Both the position numbers and the translations under genes were made by a program. Below the pieces are notes generated by a model. The model searched no databases. It saw nothing but the letters and a program-made list of their open reading frames with translations, and was not told the DNA's origin. A stretch of DNA of 64,000 nucleotides, filler included, from Vicugna vicugna (lineage: Eukaryota), in assembly GCA_013265495.1 (NCBI GenBank). It is 81 parts of 78 records of this genome, joined end to end, with 100 filler letters (N's around TTAATTAATTAA, not from the genome) between each part and the next. Parts side by side here need not be neighbours in the genome. Positions count along the whole stretch, not along the records: positions 37,507 to 38,025 come from PNXW01005526.1; positions 38,126 to 39,115 come from PNXW01005527.1; positions 39,216 to 39,914 come from PNXW01005528.1; positions 40,015 to 40,564 come from MU058641.1; positions 40,665 to 41,210 come from PNXW01005532.1; positions 41,311 to 42,070 come from MU058642.1; positions 42,171 to 42,497 come from MU058643.1; positions 42,598 to 42,894 come from MU058643.1; 73 more parts are not named here. The stretch is one strand, 5' to 3'. Shown here in pieces: positions 37,507 through 50,395 of the stretch (position 1 is the stretch's first letter; each line of letters begins with the position of its first letter).

Positions 37507-38025
37507 ACATTCTATATTCTAAATTGTATATACAGTTTTCTGTATTCTATAATCGAAATTCTGAGTTCTAAATTCCCTGCTCCAAAATCTGGCTTAAATA
37601 TACTTAAAGATATATTTTTTTTCCTGTTTTTTACATTGTATACTCTAAATTATATATTCAGTATTATGTATTCTATATTCTATATTCTATGTTCTACATT
37701 AAATTTTTTCATTTGTTTATTAAGTATTTTGTATACTATAATCTAAATTCTGTGTTTTGCATACCATGTTGTAAATTCTGGGTTTTATATTCTATTTTCT
37801 ATATTGTATATTCTGTGTTCTACATTGTATATTCTAAATTCTATATTCTGCATTCAGTATTCTATATTCTTTATACTGTGTTCAACATTCTATATACTTA
37901 ATTCTATATTATCTATATTCACTGTATTCCATATTCTAAATTCTGTGTTCTGCATTCCATGTTCAAAATTCTGGTTTCAATATTCTTTATTGTATATTCT
38001 ATATTCTGTGTTCTACATTCTATAT
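37507..38025. repeat. Satellite C
   Basis: Heptamer array containing the same diverged block as the reverse complement of 17380-17600. Confidence 0.93.
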
Positions 38026-40664
38026 NNNNNNNNNNNNNNNNNNNNNNNNNNNNNNNNNNNNNNNNNNNNTTAATTAATTAANNNNNNNNNNNNNNNNNNN
38101 NNNNNNNNNNNNNNNNNNNNNNNNNTATGTATGGACCATGTGCCGACACAAAAGAAGAGATTGTAGTAAACATAAAGTGGCTGAAATCTATGTCCGAAAA
38201 ACCTAGCTAAGTTTCCTTAATGTCCCAACTTTACTAACCACAGGACTGCCGCTTCATGAATGGGGCAAATAGCAACTTGTGGATTTTTTTTTAATAAATA
38301 AATAATGATCCACTTCCTACCACCGGCAATTATGATAAGACTGAGTATTATTTCTTACAACAAATAGTGTAGGAATCATAAGTTCTTCTTGATTCAAACC
38401 ACTTCTTCTATAAAATTTTAATCTTTTTTCTTCAGACAGATTTGTGACATTTGACCTAATGATAAAATTTTCACCTGGCTTTTATTAAAAATTTTCACCA
38501 TAGTGAGAGTTTATTACATCTACTATTCTTTTATGGGAAACCCTTGTGCCTTGTCACTCTCTTTCATAATATTTCCTGTGGAAAATTCAATCCTTCATTC
38601 AGGAAAAGGCTGAGCAATATTTCTCATGGAAATGCGTCCTATACTGCAACCCAAGAAAATGAAATTGACACTGAGCAGCCCGTGAAGCTGGCAGACACAT
38701 GCAGTGCACTGTTGTGTTCCCGCCTCGAATTTCTGTAACCAGCAGGGAAATTTTTATCTCAAGAAATAGACATAAACAATTTTCAGGACCTGAGCACACA
38801 GTTTCCCTTTCAGGGTTTAGTGGGCTTCCATTTAATTCTATGAGAAATGTTTAAAACAACAGAACAACAGCTGAGATAGGGATTAAAATAACTTTTGTTT
38901 CAGTGAAAATAAAGCCAACTGACTGTTATCATTTTTACTTTATTTGATCTCACTCTCTTACTTTACCTTCCCATCCTCCTCCACAAAATGAAGTTGAACA
39001 TCCCCTCCTGGGTCAGAAATCTAAGTAGAAATTACCAATCACATTGAGGTGTGCTTTGTTGCACTTTATATTTCAAAACAACCAAGTTTCATTCATATGA
39101 TTTAATAATTAAGATNNNNNNNNNNNNNNNNNNNNNNNNNNNNNNNNNNNNNNNNNNNNTTAATTAATTAANNNNNNNNNNNNNNNNNNNNNNNNNNNNN
39201 NNNNNNNNNNNNNNNTAATTTTCACTGACTCAGCTGTAGCGCGGGAACCCTTTGAGCGAGTAGGTAAGCAATGCTTTTCAATCTCAAGGGAAGGGTTGAA
39301 GAAAATACTCTGAAGGAAAGCACTCAAGGGTGAAGAGTGAAATTACAGGACTCCTCCGTGTAATTAAAGGTCCAGGCTGTGAGACATGCCTGTTTCATTA
39401 TCCCAGTTATTCCTAAAAACAAAAGACCTGTGTGGTAATAATAGTAATGAATAACCTAGCACTTGAATACCTACAGAATAAGATTTGGTGCTTGTTCACA
39501 GTTGAGCCTCTGTCAGAGAGCGGGATTTCCTATTGATTTTTTAACTTGTCTGTATTTTTCTCATTAAATCATTTTAAAAATGCAAGTCCAGCTAGATGAT
39601 ATAAATTCTTTCTGGGGCAGAATTAATTTTTATAAAAATAAAAAATAAATTCTTGGCAGAATTAATTTTTATAAAAATAAAAAAAATACCGTATCAAACA
39701 TAAACAAGATGTAAACGGGAAACTACTAGGTTTTGGTTTTCACAAAGTATACATATAATATTAAACTTACAGTAACTGATAGAGCTTTACTTGAACAGCT
39801 CAGGTAAATTACATAATGACAATATATTATCAGATTTGGAAAGATATGTTTTAATCATATTGATGATAATCTTCATAATATGAACTGGTACTTAAAAATA
39901 TATATTTTACTCATNNNNNNNNNNNNNNNNNNNNNNNNNNNNNNNNNNNNNNNNNNNNTTAATTAATTAANNNNNNNNNNNNNNNNNNNNNNNNNNNNNN
40001 NNNNNNNNNNNNNNCCTGTAAACCAAAACTAACCCTCGCCCAACCCTCTCTCACCGACCCGTGTTTCTCTATGATTATTTCTACACTGGCTTCTTCCCGT
40101 TAAATTCCAGTTTCTTGGAGAAGTGCCTGCGCTGGTGATTCCTCCAGGGCTCATAACCCTGCAGCCCCCACGGCCCTCACCGTGGCGGTGAGACAGGAGC
40201 TGCACTGCCGGTGGCTGCGTGTTTCAAACCAGTGGGCATTTTCAGCTCCTGTTTATTTGATTACCAGGTAGCTTTTTCCGTGGAGAAATATTTTCCTCTC
40301 AGTGGAATGTTTTCCCCCATTAATTTTTGTTTTACTTAAATAAATCAGANNNNNNNNNNNNNNNNNNNNNNNNNNNNNNNNNNNNNNNNNNNNNNNNNNN
40401 NNNNNNNNNNNNNNNNNNNNNNNNNNNNNNNNNNNNNNNNNNNNNNNNNNNNNNNNNNNNNNNNNNNNNNNNNNNNNNNNNNGGCTTTAGCTCTTGCTTT
40501 TTTGCCCTGCACACCCAAGTTTCTCACTATGCTCCTTTTAGTCAGTGTTCAAATCTCTCTTAAGNNNNNNNNNNNNNNNNNNNNNNNNNNNNNNNNNNNN
40601 NNNNNNNNTTAATTAATTAANNNNNNNNNNNNNNNNNNNNNNNNNNNNNNNNNNNNNNNNNNNN

Positions 40665-41210
40665 ATTTACATTGTTTACATAACCGTGGCATTGCGTATT
40701 CTGAACATGGTTCATGTATTACAAATTCCTCATCCATGCATTTCTGAGTTGCCAACATGCGCATGACAGATGTTTCAACCTACAAACAAGTTACATATGC
40801 ACTTTGAAATATTTACTTTGACTTCGGAGCTTCTTCCTATCACCAGTTTCAAGAATCACACTTTGATCCCAGAAAAACCCTCTTGGAGCGAATTCTACCC
40901 TAGAGATATGTAATTGGATTAGATTCCATCTGCATGATATTCCGTGTTCCGTACATGGTATATGGATGACGGATTCGAAAAACATGCATTCCTTATTTGA
41001 GAGCATGTGGATTACTGATCTTTCATCCTCTGTAAAAGGAATAATTACATCTAGACACGTGTACTCATTTTCACAAACTTTCCCTAACACCAGTTTCGAA
41101 TTCGTGCATTTTTCATAGAAAAATACTTCTGGAGCAATTTCCACCTAAGAGATATGCAATTTAAATGAATTCCATCAACTTGGCATTCCGGGTTCCGTAC
41201 ATGCTACATG
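40665..41210. repeat. Satellite A, reverse orientation
   Basis: Colinear with 35975-36530. Confidence 0.93.
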
Positions 41211-41310
41211 NNNNNNNNNNNNNNNNNNNNNNNNNNNNNNNNNNNNNNNNNNNNTTAATTAATTAANNNNNNNNNNNNNNNNNNNNNNNNNNNNNNNNNN
41301 NNNNNNNNNN

Positions 41311-42070
41311 CTGAAAAGAAAGTTTGTGTTCCCAACAAGCAAGTTGAAGGACGGGATTCACACATAATTAAATCTCAGAAAAGAGCAAGTGGAGAGACGT
41401 TCGTTCATCCAACAAAAACAGAACGGGTTGCAGGAGTAACACTTACTCTGGATCCTCAGTCGGTTTCCTAGTACCGGTTTGAAGTTCTTGCAGTTTTGAC
41501 TGTAAAACCGAGTAGGAGATTCTACCGCCCCATATATATGTATGGAGTGGAGTTTGCAACTGAAAAGAAACATTGTGTTCCCTTCAAGCTAGGTGAAGGA
41601 CGGTTTCACACACACTTATCTCTCAGAACTGAGCATGTGGAGAGATGTTCGTTCATCCAGCANNNNNNNNNNNNNNNNNNNNNNNNNNNNNNNNNNNNNN
41701 NNNNNNNNNNNNNNNNNNNNNNNNNNNNNNNNNNNNNNNNNNNNNNNNNNNNNNNNNNNNNTTGGAGCTTGTACCTCCCCATATATATGTATGGAGTGGA
41801 GTTGGCAACTGAAAAGAAACTTTGTGTTCCCTTCAAGCTAGGTGAAGGACGGCTTTCACACACACGTATCTCTCAGAATTGAGCATGTGGAGAGACGTTC
41901 GTTCATCCAGCACAAAGGGAACGGGTTGCAGGAGAAACACTTACTCTGGTTTCTCAGTCTATTTCCTAGTGCCGGTTTGAAGTGCCTGCCGTTTTCACTG
42001 TAAAACCGAAATGGAGCTTGTATCCCACCTTATATATGTATGGAGTGGAGTTTGCAACTGAAAAGAAACT
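41311..42070. repeat. Satellite D
   Basis: ATGGAGTGGAG at 41791 and 42040 (249). Confidence 0.95.
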
Positions 42071-42170
42071 NNNNNNNNNNNNNNNNNNNNNNNNNNNNNN
42101 NNNNNNNNNNNNNNTTAATTAATTAANNNNNNNNNNNNNNNNNNNNNNNNNNNNNNNNNNNNNNNNNNNN

Positions 42171-42497
42171 GAATAGAATAACTCAGCTTGTATTCCCTGA
42201 GTGTTTCCCTTGGCCTGGCTGCGAGCGAAACCTGGGGGTTGTGTTTGGAGGCCAAGTTGCAGCTTTTGCCAACCGAATGACTGAGGAATTACTTAGGGAA
42301 CTCCCCTACCGGGGAACACCTGTGTCAACATTCATCTGCGTGGATTGGGGCTGCACACCTCCCCCACACACAAGAGTGTCTCCGGAGTCCTGAGTGTTGG
42401 GAATTTCCTCCATGTGACAGCAGCATCTAGGTTCAATACAATCCCTTAGCTTGTCTTCCGTGATGGCTTGCCCTGCCAGGAGTGCGGGAGAAATTGG
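42171..42497. repeat. Satellite E variant
   Basis: GGGGAACACCTGTG...TTCATCTGCGTGGA...GTCCTGAGTGTTGGGAA...GACAGCAGCA; similar to E monomers near 13800 and 14880. Confidence 0.85.
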
Positions 42498-42597
42498 NNN
42501 NNNNNNNNNNNNNNNNNNNNNNNNNNNNNNNNNNNNNNNNNTTAATTAATTAANNNNNNNNNNNNNNNNNNNNNNNNNNNNNNNNNNNNNNNNNNNN

Positions 42598-42894
42598 GAA
42601 GGTGGGGGTTGGGCTCTAAAGCCAAGTAATAGCGAGTGCCTCTCTATGGGCAGTGGAGGTGTTTAAAGTACATTCCCTCCCTGGGAACACCTGTGCCCCC
42701 ATAAAGTTGCGTGGACTATGTATCCCCAAAACCATCATACACATAAAGGCTTGTTCAGGTATCCTGTGTATTTGGAGACTCCTCCAACTGACAGCAGCGC
42801 CTGGGCTCTAATAAAATCCCAAAGTTTGTCTTCCCTGATGGCATGACTAGCTGGAGTGTGGGGGATAGTCGGGTTTGTGCTTGAAGTCCAAATA
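42598..42894. repeat. Satellite E variant
   Basis: GTGGAGGTGTTTAAA...CTGGGAACACCTGTGCCCCCATAAAG...CTCCTCCAACTGACAGCAGCGCCTGGG. Confidence 0.88.
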
Positions 42895-42994
42895 NNNNNN
42901 NNNNNNNNNNNNNNNNNNNNNNNNNNNNNNNNNNNNNNTTAATTAATTAANNNNNNNNNNNNNNNNNNNNNNNNNNNNNNNNNNNNNNNNNNNN

Positions 42995-43505
42995 AACCTA
43001 TGAAGCAGGAGTAAATAATTTTAATTGTATATATGCCCTACTTGGTGGATGAAAGTCTGTAATCCACATGCTGACAAGTCAGAAAGTCATGTTTGCCGAA
43101 TCTGTCATGCATATAGCATGTACGAAACCGGGAATGCCATGTTGATTGAATACATGAAAATTACATATCTATTAGGTGGAAATCGCTTCATAAGTATTTT
43201 TCAATGAAAAATGCACAAATTCGAAACTGGTGTTAGGGGAAGCTTGTGAAAATGAGTACACGTGTCTAGATGAAACTGTTCCTTTTATAGAGAATGAAAG
43301 GTCAGTAATCCACATGCTCTCAACTCAGGAATGCATGTTTGTCCAATCCGTAATGCATGTAGCATGTACGGAACACGGAATATCATGTAGATTGAATCTA
43401 TTCAAATTACATATCTCTAGGGTAGAATTCTCTTCAAGAGGGTTTTTTTGTAATGATTCATGAAACTGGTGACAGGGAGAAGCTATGAAGTCAAAGTAAA
43501 TATTT
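42995..43505. repeat. Satellite A
   Basis: Colinear with 4660-5180. Confidence 0.93.
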
Positions 43506-45596
43506 NNNNNNNNNNNNNNNNNNNNNNNNNNNNNNNNNNNNNNNNNNNNTTAATTAATTAANNNNNNNNNNNNNNNNNNNNNNNNNNNNNNNNNNNNNNN
43601 NNNNNTAAGAGGACACACACTCAGATGACGAAGGTGATTGTAAACCACATTCTGGAGAATTTCAGAAGATTCAGTCACCGCTTCAAGATGGTGATAACAC
43701 GGTAGGACAGCTTGGAAGCATGCTTCTAACTGAGTCACCAGCATTCTTTCAATGCAGGGGGAAAAGGAGGCCCCCATTCAAGAGTAGAGATGTTCCTCTC
43801 ATGTATCACAGGCTGTGCCTCGGGGACTCAGTGCCCTGCAGCAGCCCTGCCCGAGGCGAGGACACGCAAGGTGGCCCACGCAAGCAAGAGGGGCACTTTG
43901 CTTGAGAAATCCCATCTCCGATGGAAGCAAGAGTGGCTGGTGGGGTTGCGTGAACCTGTAAATGCTCACTGAAACACACCTGCATACATTCAAGTGATAC
44001 AATTAACAGTAGCAGGCTAAAGTAGCAGGTTATTAAACAAAATTTCAATTGTTAGTGTTAATTTTACCATTCCTTTCCGCTTGTCCCCTGCACTCTGAGA
44101 CAGGCTTAGGCTCTCTCACACCTGCAGCTCTGATGCAATAGTTGTGAAGTTATTTTACTTTGCTGCAAGTGTTTCCACTCCCCGTGTCTCTGTTACTGTC
44201 GTGTCTTAACACAGTCAGATGTCTTCCTGGATCGCTCTCTGAGTTCCTTGCTCCTGATTCTCAGATCCTGAGATAAAGAACAGNNNNNNNNNNNNNNNNN
44301 NNNNNNNNNNNNNNNNNNNNNNNNNNNTTAATTAATTAANNNNNNNNNNNNNNNNNNNNNNNNNNNNNNNNNNNNNNNNNNNNACCAAGATCACTAACCA
44401 TGCTCAGGTTTAGCACCGCGGTCTACATGGGGTCACCAGAGCATCGACAATGCTGTCTCACGGGGTGGGGGGGCCATGTGTGTCAGGGTGCTTTCCTACC
44501 CACGTGTCTCCCCTGATTCTCAGAACTGACAGTGCAGCCCAATTGGGCAAGAAATACCACCATTTCACAATGCATACGCAGGGCGCCCGACTGACAGATA
44601 CAATCAGTGATAGGANNNNNNNNNNNNNCTCAGGTTCCTGATCCCATGTTTCACTTACTGTGGGACAAATGATTCAGTTCAAGGGTAATAAATCAGTGAA
44701 TGAGTGAATAACATGACTCTCGTTAGTCCAATGAGTGCCTGGAAGAGTGAGCCTAGGCACACTGAGAACCGTAACAGCCCATCAACTTAATTTCCATCCT
44801 CCTCAGATTTATGTAAAGGTTACTTCCACNNNNNNNNNNNNNNNNNNNNNNNNNNNNNNNNNNNNNNNNNNNNTTAATTAATTAANNNNNNNNNNNNNNN
44901 NNNNNNNNNNNNNNNNNNNNNNNNNNNNNTACCCTGCTTGTGCAGGTGATTCCTCTTGGTTCTGTCATTCTTTTCCTTACGTCTTTTTCAGCCACTGTCT
45001 GTGGGAAACTCTGGGAATCTGGAGAAGGGGGAGGAAGCGCCCAGAATTGGAGGACAGGGAACCTGAGTTGGGCAGGACCAGAAAGCATAAGGTCAGGAAA
45101 GTTTGCAGAGAGGACCCAGGGTTGGATGGCAGTTGGTGGGGGGGGGGGATCAGGTGGGCGGGGCGCATTCTAGAAGTGAGGTCACCCGGAATGTCCACTG
45201 TGAGGACCAGGGGCAAAGGCAGGTGATTGGTCGAGAGAGGGCATGAAGCATCAGCGTTGCTAAGGCAGCGTTCAGACAGGAGAAGGCTTGGAGGGAGGCA
45301 TCTTGTCCCCTCCAGCTGCTCCTGAGAGTCCGCTTGACCTGCTGTTTGTTTTCCTGCCCTGCTGACCTTCTCCCCTGACTGAACCCTCCTTCCTCCCCTC
45401 AAGGGTTTGATTGACCCTCACCCTTTCTGTGACCCCCTTCTCCTCCCAAGTGCCCAGCCCTTCTTCCTGTCACACTCCCTCCCCAATCCCATCCCCNNNN
45501 NNNNNNNNNNNNNNNNNNNNNNNNNNNNNNNNNNNNNNNNTTAATTAATTAANNNNNNNNNNNNNNNNNNNNNNNNNNNNNNNNNNNNNNNNNNNN

Positions 45597-46050
45597 CCAA
45601 AGCCTCCTGCGCCCAGCGCGCGCCCCGACTCACACGCTCGGGCTGCGGCCCCGACGCTGGCGCCGCGGACTTCGGGGGAATCGCGGGGGCTGCGGTGAGC
45701 GGTGGCGGCGACGACCTCCGTGCGCCCAGGCGGGCTTGGGGCTGCACCCCGGGCTGGACGTAGGCAGCTCCCGGGGAGTCCCCTCCGCCGGAGCTCCGTG
45801 CTCACTCGCCGGTGCCGGAGTGTAAGGAGCGAAGGAAGTTTTAGATTTTTAAAAATTTATTTATTTACGTCATTAATTTTCACAAAGGGCATTTTGTAGG
45901 GGCGATCTTTTCAAAGTTTCGTGTGTGTACTGTTGGGCAGTGAGCTTACTGCGATGCAGGCGCTGAAAGCTGGGCCGTGATCAGGGCGTGGGCGCCTGCC
46001 AACCGTTGCGGGGGGCGGCCAAGAGAGCCAGGAGGGAGAAGCCGGTGAGG
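45597..46050. promoter_or_regulatory. CpG island fragment (probable 5' end of an unidentified gene)
   Basis: Very GC-rich with dense CpG at 45597-45835, non-repetitive; possible donors GCG|GTGAGC (~45694) and AGT|GTAAGG (~45822). Confidence 0.7.
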
Positions 46051-46320
46051 GCTGGTGTGGAAGCCTCCAAAAATTAAGTTGCGTTTTCTTTTTTTATCAG
46101 AATTTTCTCNNNNNNNNNNNNNNNNNNNNNNNNNNNNNNNNNNNNNNNNNNNNTTAATTAATTAANNNNNNNNNNNNNNNNNNNNNNNNNNNNNNNNNNN
46201 NNNNNNNNNAGCAAAAGACCTAGCTGACTACTATTTTTAAAAGACTTTTTTTCTATTTAAACTAGGGTTGTATGAGATCTCTTTTCTTCTTTGTTATTTT
46301 TCTTTATTTTAAAGACTTTT

Positions 46321-46396
46321 TCTTATTATTTTTTTACATTGAGGTACCGCAAATTGAATCCAGCACGTACTCTACCCCTTGAACTATACCGTCCCC
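46321..46396 (-). mobile_element. tRNA-derived SINE (vic-1-like), internally deleted
   Basis: Minus strand reads GGGGACGGTATAGTTCAAGGGGTAGAGTACGTGCTGGATTCAATTTGCGGTACCTCAATG plus an A-rich tail; same family as 32585-32659. Confidence 0.75.
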
Positions 46397-46935
46397 TTCA
46401 AATCAAANNNNNNNNNNNNNNNNNNNNNNNNNNNNNNNNAGATTTTTGTTCCATTTTCCCTTCATAGAGTTTATAACTGAGGGAGAGAGTCAGAGGAAGC
46501 CCTGGGCCAACCCTTCCTTCTCAGCGGGTCACTACACAGCAGAGGAGCTTGGCTGTCTCCAGGCCCAGCTCACCTTTCTGCTCTGAGGGCCGACTGAGGC
46601 CACTTCTCTAAACAGAGGCATGTTAGAAGCAGCAGAAAGCCAACTAGCAAGCAACAATGAAAGAAATGACCCCCCTGCAGTTGGACATCATCTGCTCTGA
46701 AACGAACCTCTTAAAGCTCTTCTTCCTATTAGTGGATGGTTTTCAAAAATATTTCCAAGGAGATGAAACTCATTCCATTTTTCTGGATTATTTGGGCCTT
46801 CTATGACTTTAACTGCAGGCTTGATTTTCTGCACANNNNNNNNNNNNNNNNNNNNNNNNNNNNNNNNNNNNNNNNNNNNTTAATTAATTAANNNNNNNNN
46901 NNNNNNNNNNNNNNNNNNNNNNNNNNNNNNNNNNN

Positions 46936-47303
46936 GAATTCATTCAAAAAGTGTTTTTTGGTGCAAAATATCCGGTTTTAGAAACTGGTAATAGAAAAAA
47001 CTTATGAAGTCAGAGTAAATATTTCTAAGTGTATATATGCCTTGTCTGGTGGATGAAAGGTCAGTAATCCACATGCTCAAACTCAGAAACACATGTTCCT
47101 CGAATCCATCATGCGTGCAACATACACGGGACCCGAAATGCCATGTTGATTGAGTTTATGTAAATTACATATCTATTAGGTTGACATCGATCCAGTATAT
47201 TTATGTGAAAAATGCACGAATTCGCAACTGGTGTTCGGAAAACTTGTGAAAATGAGTACACGATTCTAGATGAAAATATTCCTTTTATTGAGGATGAAAG
47301 ATG
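46936..47303. repeat. Satellite A
   Basis: Colinear with 4599-4970. Confidence 0.92.
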
Positions 47304-47403
47304 NNNNNNNNNNNNNNNNNNNNNNNNNNNNNNNNNNNNNNNNNNNNTTAATTAATTAANNNNNNNNNNNNNNNNNNNNNNNNNNNNNNNNNNNNNNNNN
47401 NNN

Positions 47404-48055
47404 GTGCCAGGGAATGCTATGGGGGATTGCAGGAATTCCCAGGGAAAGTGGATCCCTTCCCAATGTCAGTGAAGTTATTTCTCAGACTTCCCCGAACAGG
47501 GAACACCTGTGACTGAAGAGAGCTGCGTGGATTTGTCTACCGAGCTCCCCCACCACAGACAACGGCTGTGGAATCCTGAGCGTGGGGAGGTTCCACCAAC
47601 GGTCGGCAGCGCGTGGGTTCTAACGGAATGCCTAAGCTCGTCTCCCCTGAGGGTAATGTCCCTGTACCAGGGAATGCTAGGGGTGATTGCAGGAAATCCC
47701 AGTGGCAGAGGCTGCCTCCCCAAGGTCAGGGAACTTATTTCTAGGACTTCCCCGAAGAGGGAACACCTGTGACTGAAGAGAGCTGCGTGGAGTTGCCTCG
47801 CGAACTCCCCCACGCACTGACAACGGCGGCGGAATCCTGAGCGTGGGGAGGTTCCACCAACGGTCGGCAGCACGTGGGTTCTAACGGAATGCATAAGCTC
47901 GACTCCCCTGGAGGTTTTCACAAATTCTCTGTACCAGGGAATGCTAGGGGGTTTGCAGGAAATCCCAGTGACACAGACTGCCTCCCCAAAATCAGGGAAG
48001 TTATTTTTCAGATTTCCTCGAACAGGGAACACCTGTGACTGAAGAGAGCTGCGTG
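47404..48055. repeat. Satellite B, reverse orientation
   Basis: GACTGAAGAGAGCTGCGTG at 47511, 47771 and 48037 (260 with a small deletion, then 266). Confidence 0.96.
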
Positions 48056-48155
48056 NNNNNNNNNNNNNNNNNNNNNNNNNNNNNNNNNNNNNNNNNNNNT
48101 TAATTAATTAANNNNNNNNNNNNNNNNNNNNNNNNNNNNNNNNNNNNNNNNNNNN

Positions 48156-49726
48156 AGACGTTCGTTCATCCAGCCCAAAGGGAACGGGTTGCAGGGGAAA
48201 TAGTTACTCTGTGTTCTCAGTCTGTTTCATAAGGCCGGTTTGAAGTGCCTGCCGTTTTCACTGTAAAACCGTTTTGGGGCTTGTACCTCCCCATATATAT
48301 GTATGGAGTTGAGTTGGCAACTGAAAAGAAACTTTGTGTTCCCTTCAAGATAGGTGAAGGGCGGCTTTCACACCCACTTGTCTCTCAGAACTGAGCATGT
48401 GGAGAGACGTTCGTTCATCCAGCACAAAGGGAACGGGTTGCAGGTGAAACACTTACTCTGTGTTCTCAGTCTGTTTCCTAGTGCCGGTNNNNNNNNNNNN
48501 NNNNNNNNNNNNNNNNNNNNNNNNNNNNNNNNNNNNNNNNNNNNNNNNNNNNNNNNNNNNNNNNNNNNNNNNNNNNNNNNNNNNNNNNNNNNNNNNNNNN
48601 NNNNNNNNNNNNNNNNNNNNNNNNNNNNNNNNNNNNNNNNNNNNNNNNNNNNNNNNNNNNNNNNNNNNNNNNNNNNNNNNNNNNNNNNNNNNNNNNNNNN
48701 NNNNNNNNNNNNNNNNNNNNNNNNNNNNNNNNNNNNNNNNNNNNNNNNNNNNNNNNNNNNNNNNNNNNNNNNNNNNNNNNNNNNAGTTGGCAACTGAAAA
48801 GAAACTTTGTGTTTCCTTCAAGCTAGGTGAAGGACGGCTTTCACACACACTTATCTCTCAGAAGTGAGCATGTGGAGAGACGTTCTTTCATCCAGCACAA
48901 AGGGAAGGGGTTGCTGGAGAAACACTTACTTTGTGTTCTCCGTCTGTTTCCTAGTGCCGGATTGAAGTGCCTACCGTTTTCACTGTAAAACCGAGTTGGT
49001 GCTTGTACCTGCCCATAAATATGTATGGAGTGGAGTTGGAACCTGAAAAGAAATTTTGTGTTCCCTTCAAGCTAGGTGAAGGACGGCTTTCAAACACACT
49101 TGTCTCTCAGAACTGAGCATGTGGAGAGACGTTCGTTCATCCAGCACCAAGGGAACGGGTTGNNNNNNNNNNNNNNNNNNNNNNNNNNNNNNNNNNNNNN
49201 NNNNNNNNNNNNNNNNNNNNNNNNNNNNNNNNNNNNNNNNNNNNNNNNNNNNNNNNNNNNNNNNNNNNNNNNNNNNNNNNNNNNNNNNNNNNNNNNNNNN
49301 NNNNNNNNNNNNNNNNNNNNNNNNNNNNNNNNNNNNNNNNNNNNNNNNNNNNNNNNNNNNNNNNNNNNNNNNNNNNNNNNNNNNNNNNNNNNNNNNNNNN
49401 NNNNNNNNNNNNNNNNNNNNNNNNNNNNNNNNNNNNNNNNNNNNNNNNNNNNNNNNNNNNNNNNNNNNNNNNNNNNNNNNNNNNNNNNNNNNNNNNNNNN
49501 NNNNNNNNNNNNNNNNNNNNNNNNNNNNNNNNNNNNNNNNNNNNNNNNNNNNNNNNTCAAGCTAGGTGAAGGACGGCTTTCACACACACTTATCTCTCAG
49601 AACTGAGCATGTGGAGAGACGTTCGTTCATCCAGCACAAAGGGAACGGATTGCAGGAGAAACTCTTACTCTGTGTTCTCAATCTGTTTCCTAGTGCCAGT
49701 TTGAAGTGTCTGCCTTTTTCACTGTA
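48156..49726. repeat. Satellite D (internal gaps)
   Basis: AGACGTTCGTTCATCC at 48156 and 48405; CTGAAAAGAAA at 48794 and 49043 (both 249). Confidence 0.96.
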
Positions 49727-49826
49727 NNNNNNNNNNNNNNNNNNNNNNNNNNNNNNNNNNNNNNNNNNNNTTAATTAATTAANNNNNNNNNNNNNNNNNN
49801 NNNNNNNNNNNNNNNNNNNNNNNNNN

Positions 49827-49895
49827 TAGGGAATACATGGGAACTCCACTTTCTGTGAATTTTTCTGTAAAAATAAAACTGAACTAAAGAAGGAA
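49827..49895 (+). mobile_element. Ancient LINE-1 (L1MC/MD-like) 3' terminus
   Basis: ATACATGGGAACTCCACTTTCTGTGAATTTTTCTGTAAAAATAAAACTG resembles old L1 3' ends. Confidence 0.55.
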
Positions 49896-50395
49896 GCCTG
49901 TTAAGTACATCTTTAAATGGGTGAAAATGGAGTAACTGGTGGCATGTTCTTTTGGAGACAAGTCTTTGATAGCAGAACCAATGAAAATATCCCTTCTACA
50001 TCTATAGAATTACTTAGGTTATGAACTAGAGGTGTTACCCATGAAGGGGATATGCTTCCTTTCAAGGGAGAACCTATCACTGATTCAGGGGTCAGCAGGT
50101 GCTAGCTGTCGTCTTCATTCTGAATAGGACCAGTGAGGCTGTGGACATGCCCTGAGGGAAAAAGTGGAAGTGACAGCAGGTCTCTGCTGATGAAAGCTTC
50201 ACATGCTTTTCATACTCCATGAGATCTTAAAATGGCAGGTATTCATGCTCCATGCATTTGCACAAGATTCATGTCCCTGATCCATTGTAGTTCTGNNNNN
50301 NNNNNNNNNNNNNNNNNNNNNNNNNNNNNNNNNNNNNNNTTAATTAATTAANNNNNNNNNNNNNNNNNNNNNNNNNNNNNNNNNNNNNNNNNNNN

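Noticed and set aside
47475..48032. Recurrent ORFs (VEPPHAQDSG, HSVRTHALPTVGG) resembling a gene family
   Set aside because: Translations of satellite B; frames and stops vary between copies.
48405..48440. CENP-B box in satellite D (TTCGTT...AACGGG)
   Set aside because: TTCG and CGGG are about 20 nt apart instead of the required 7; I found no canonical box by eye in any family.
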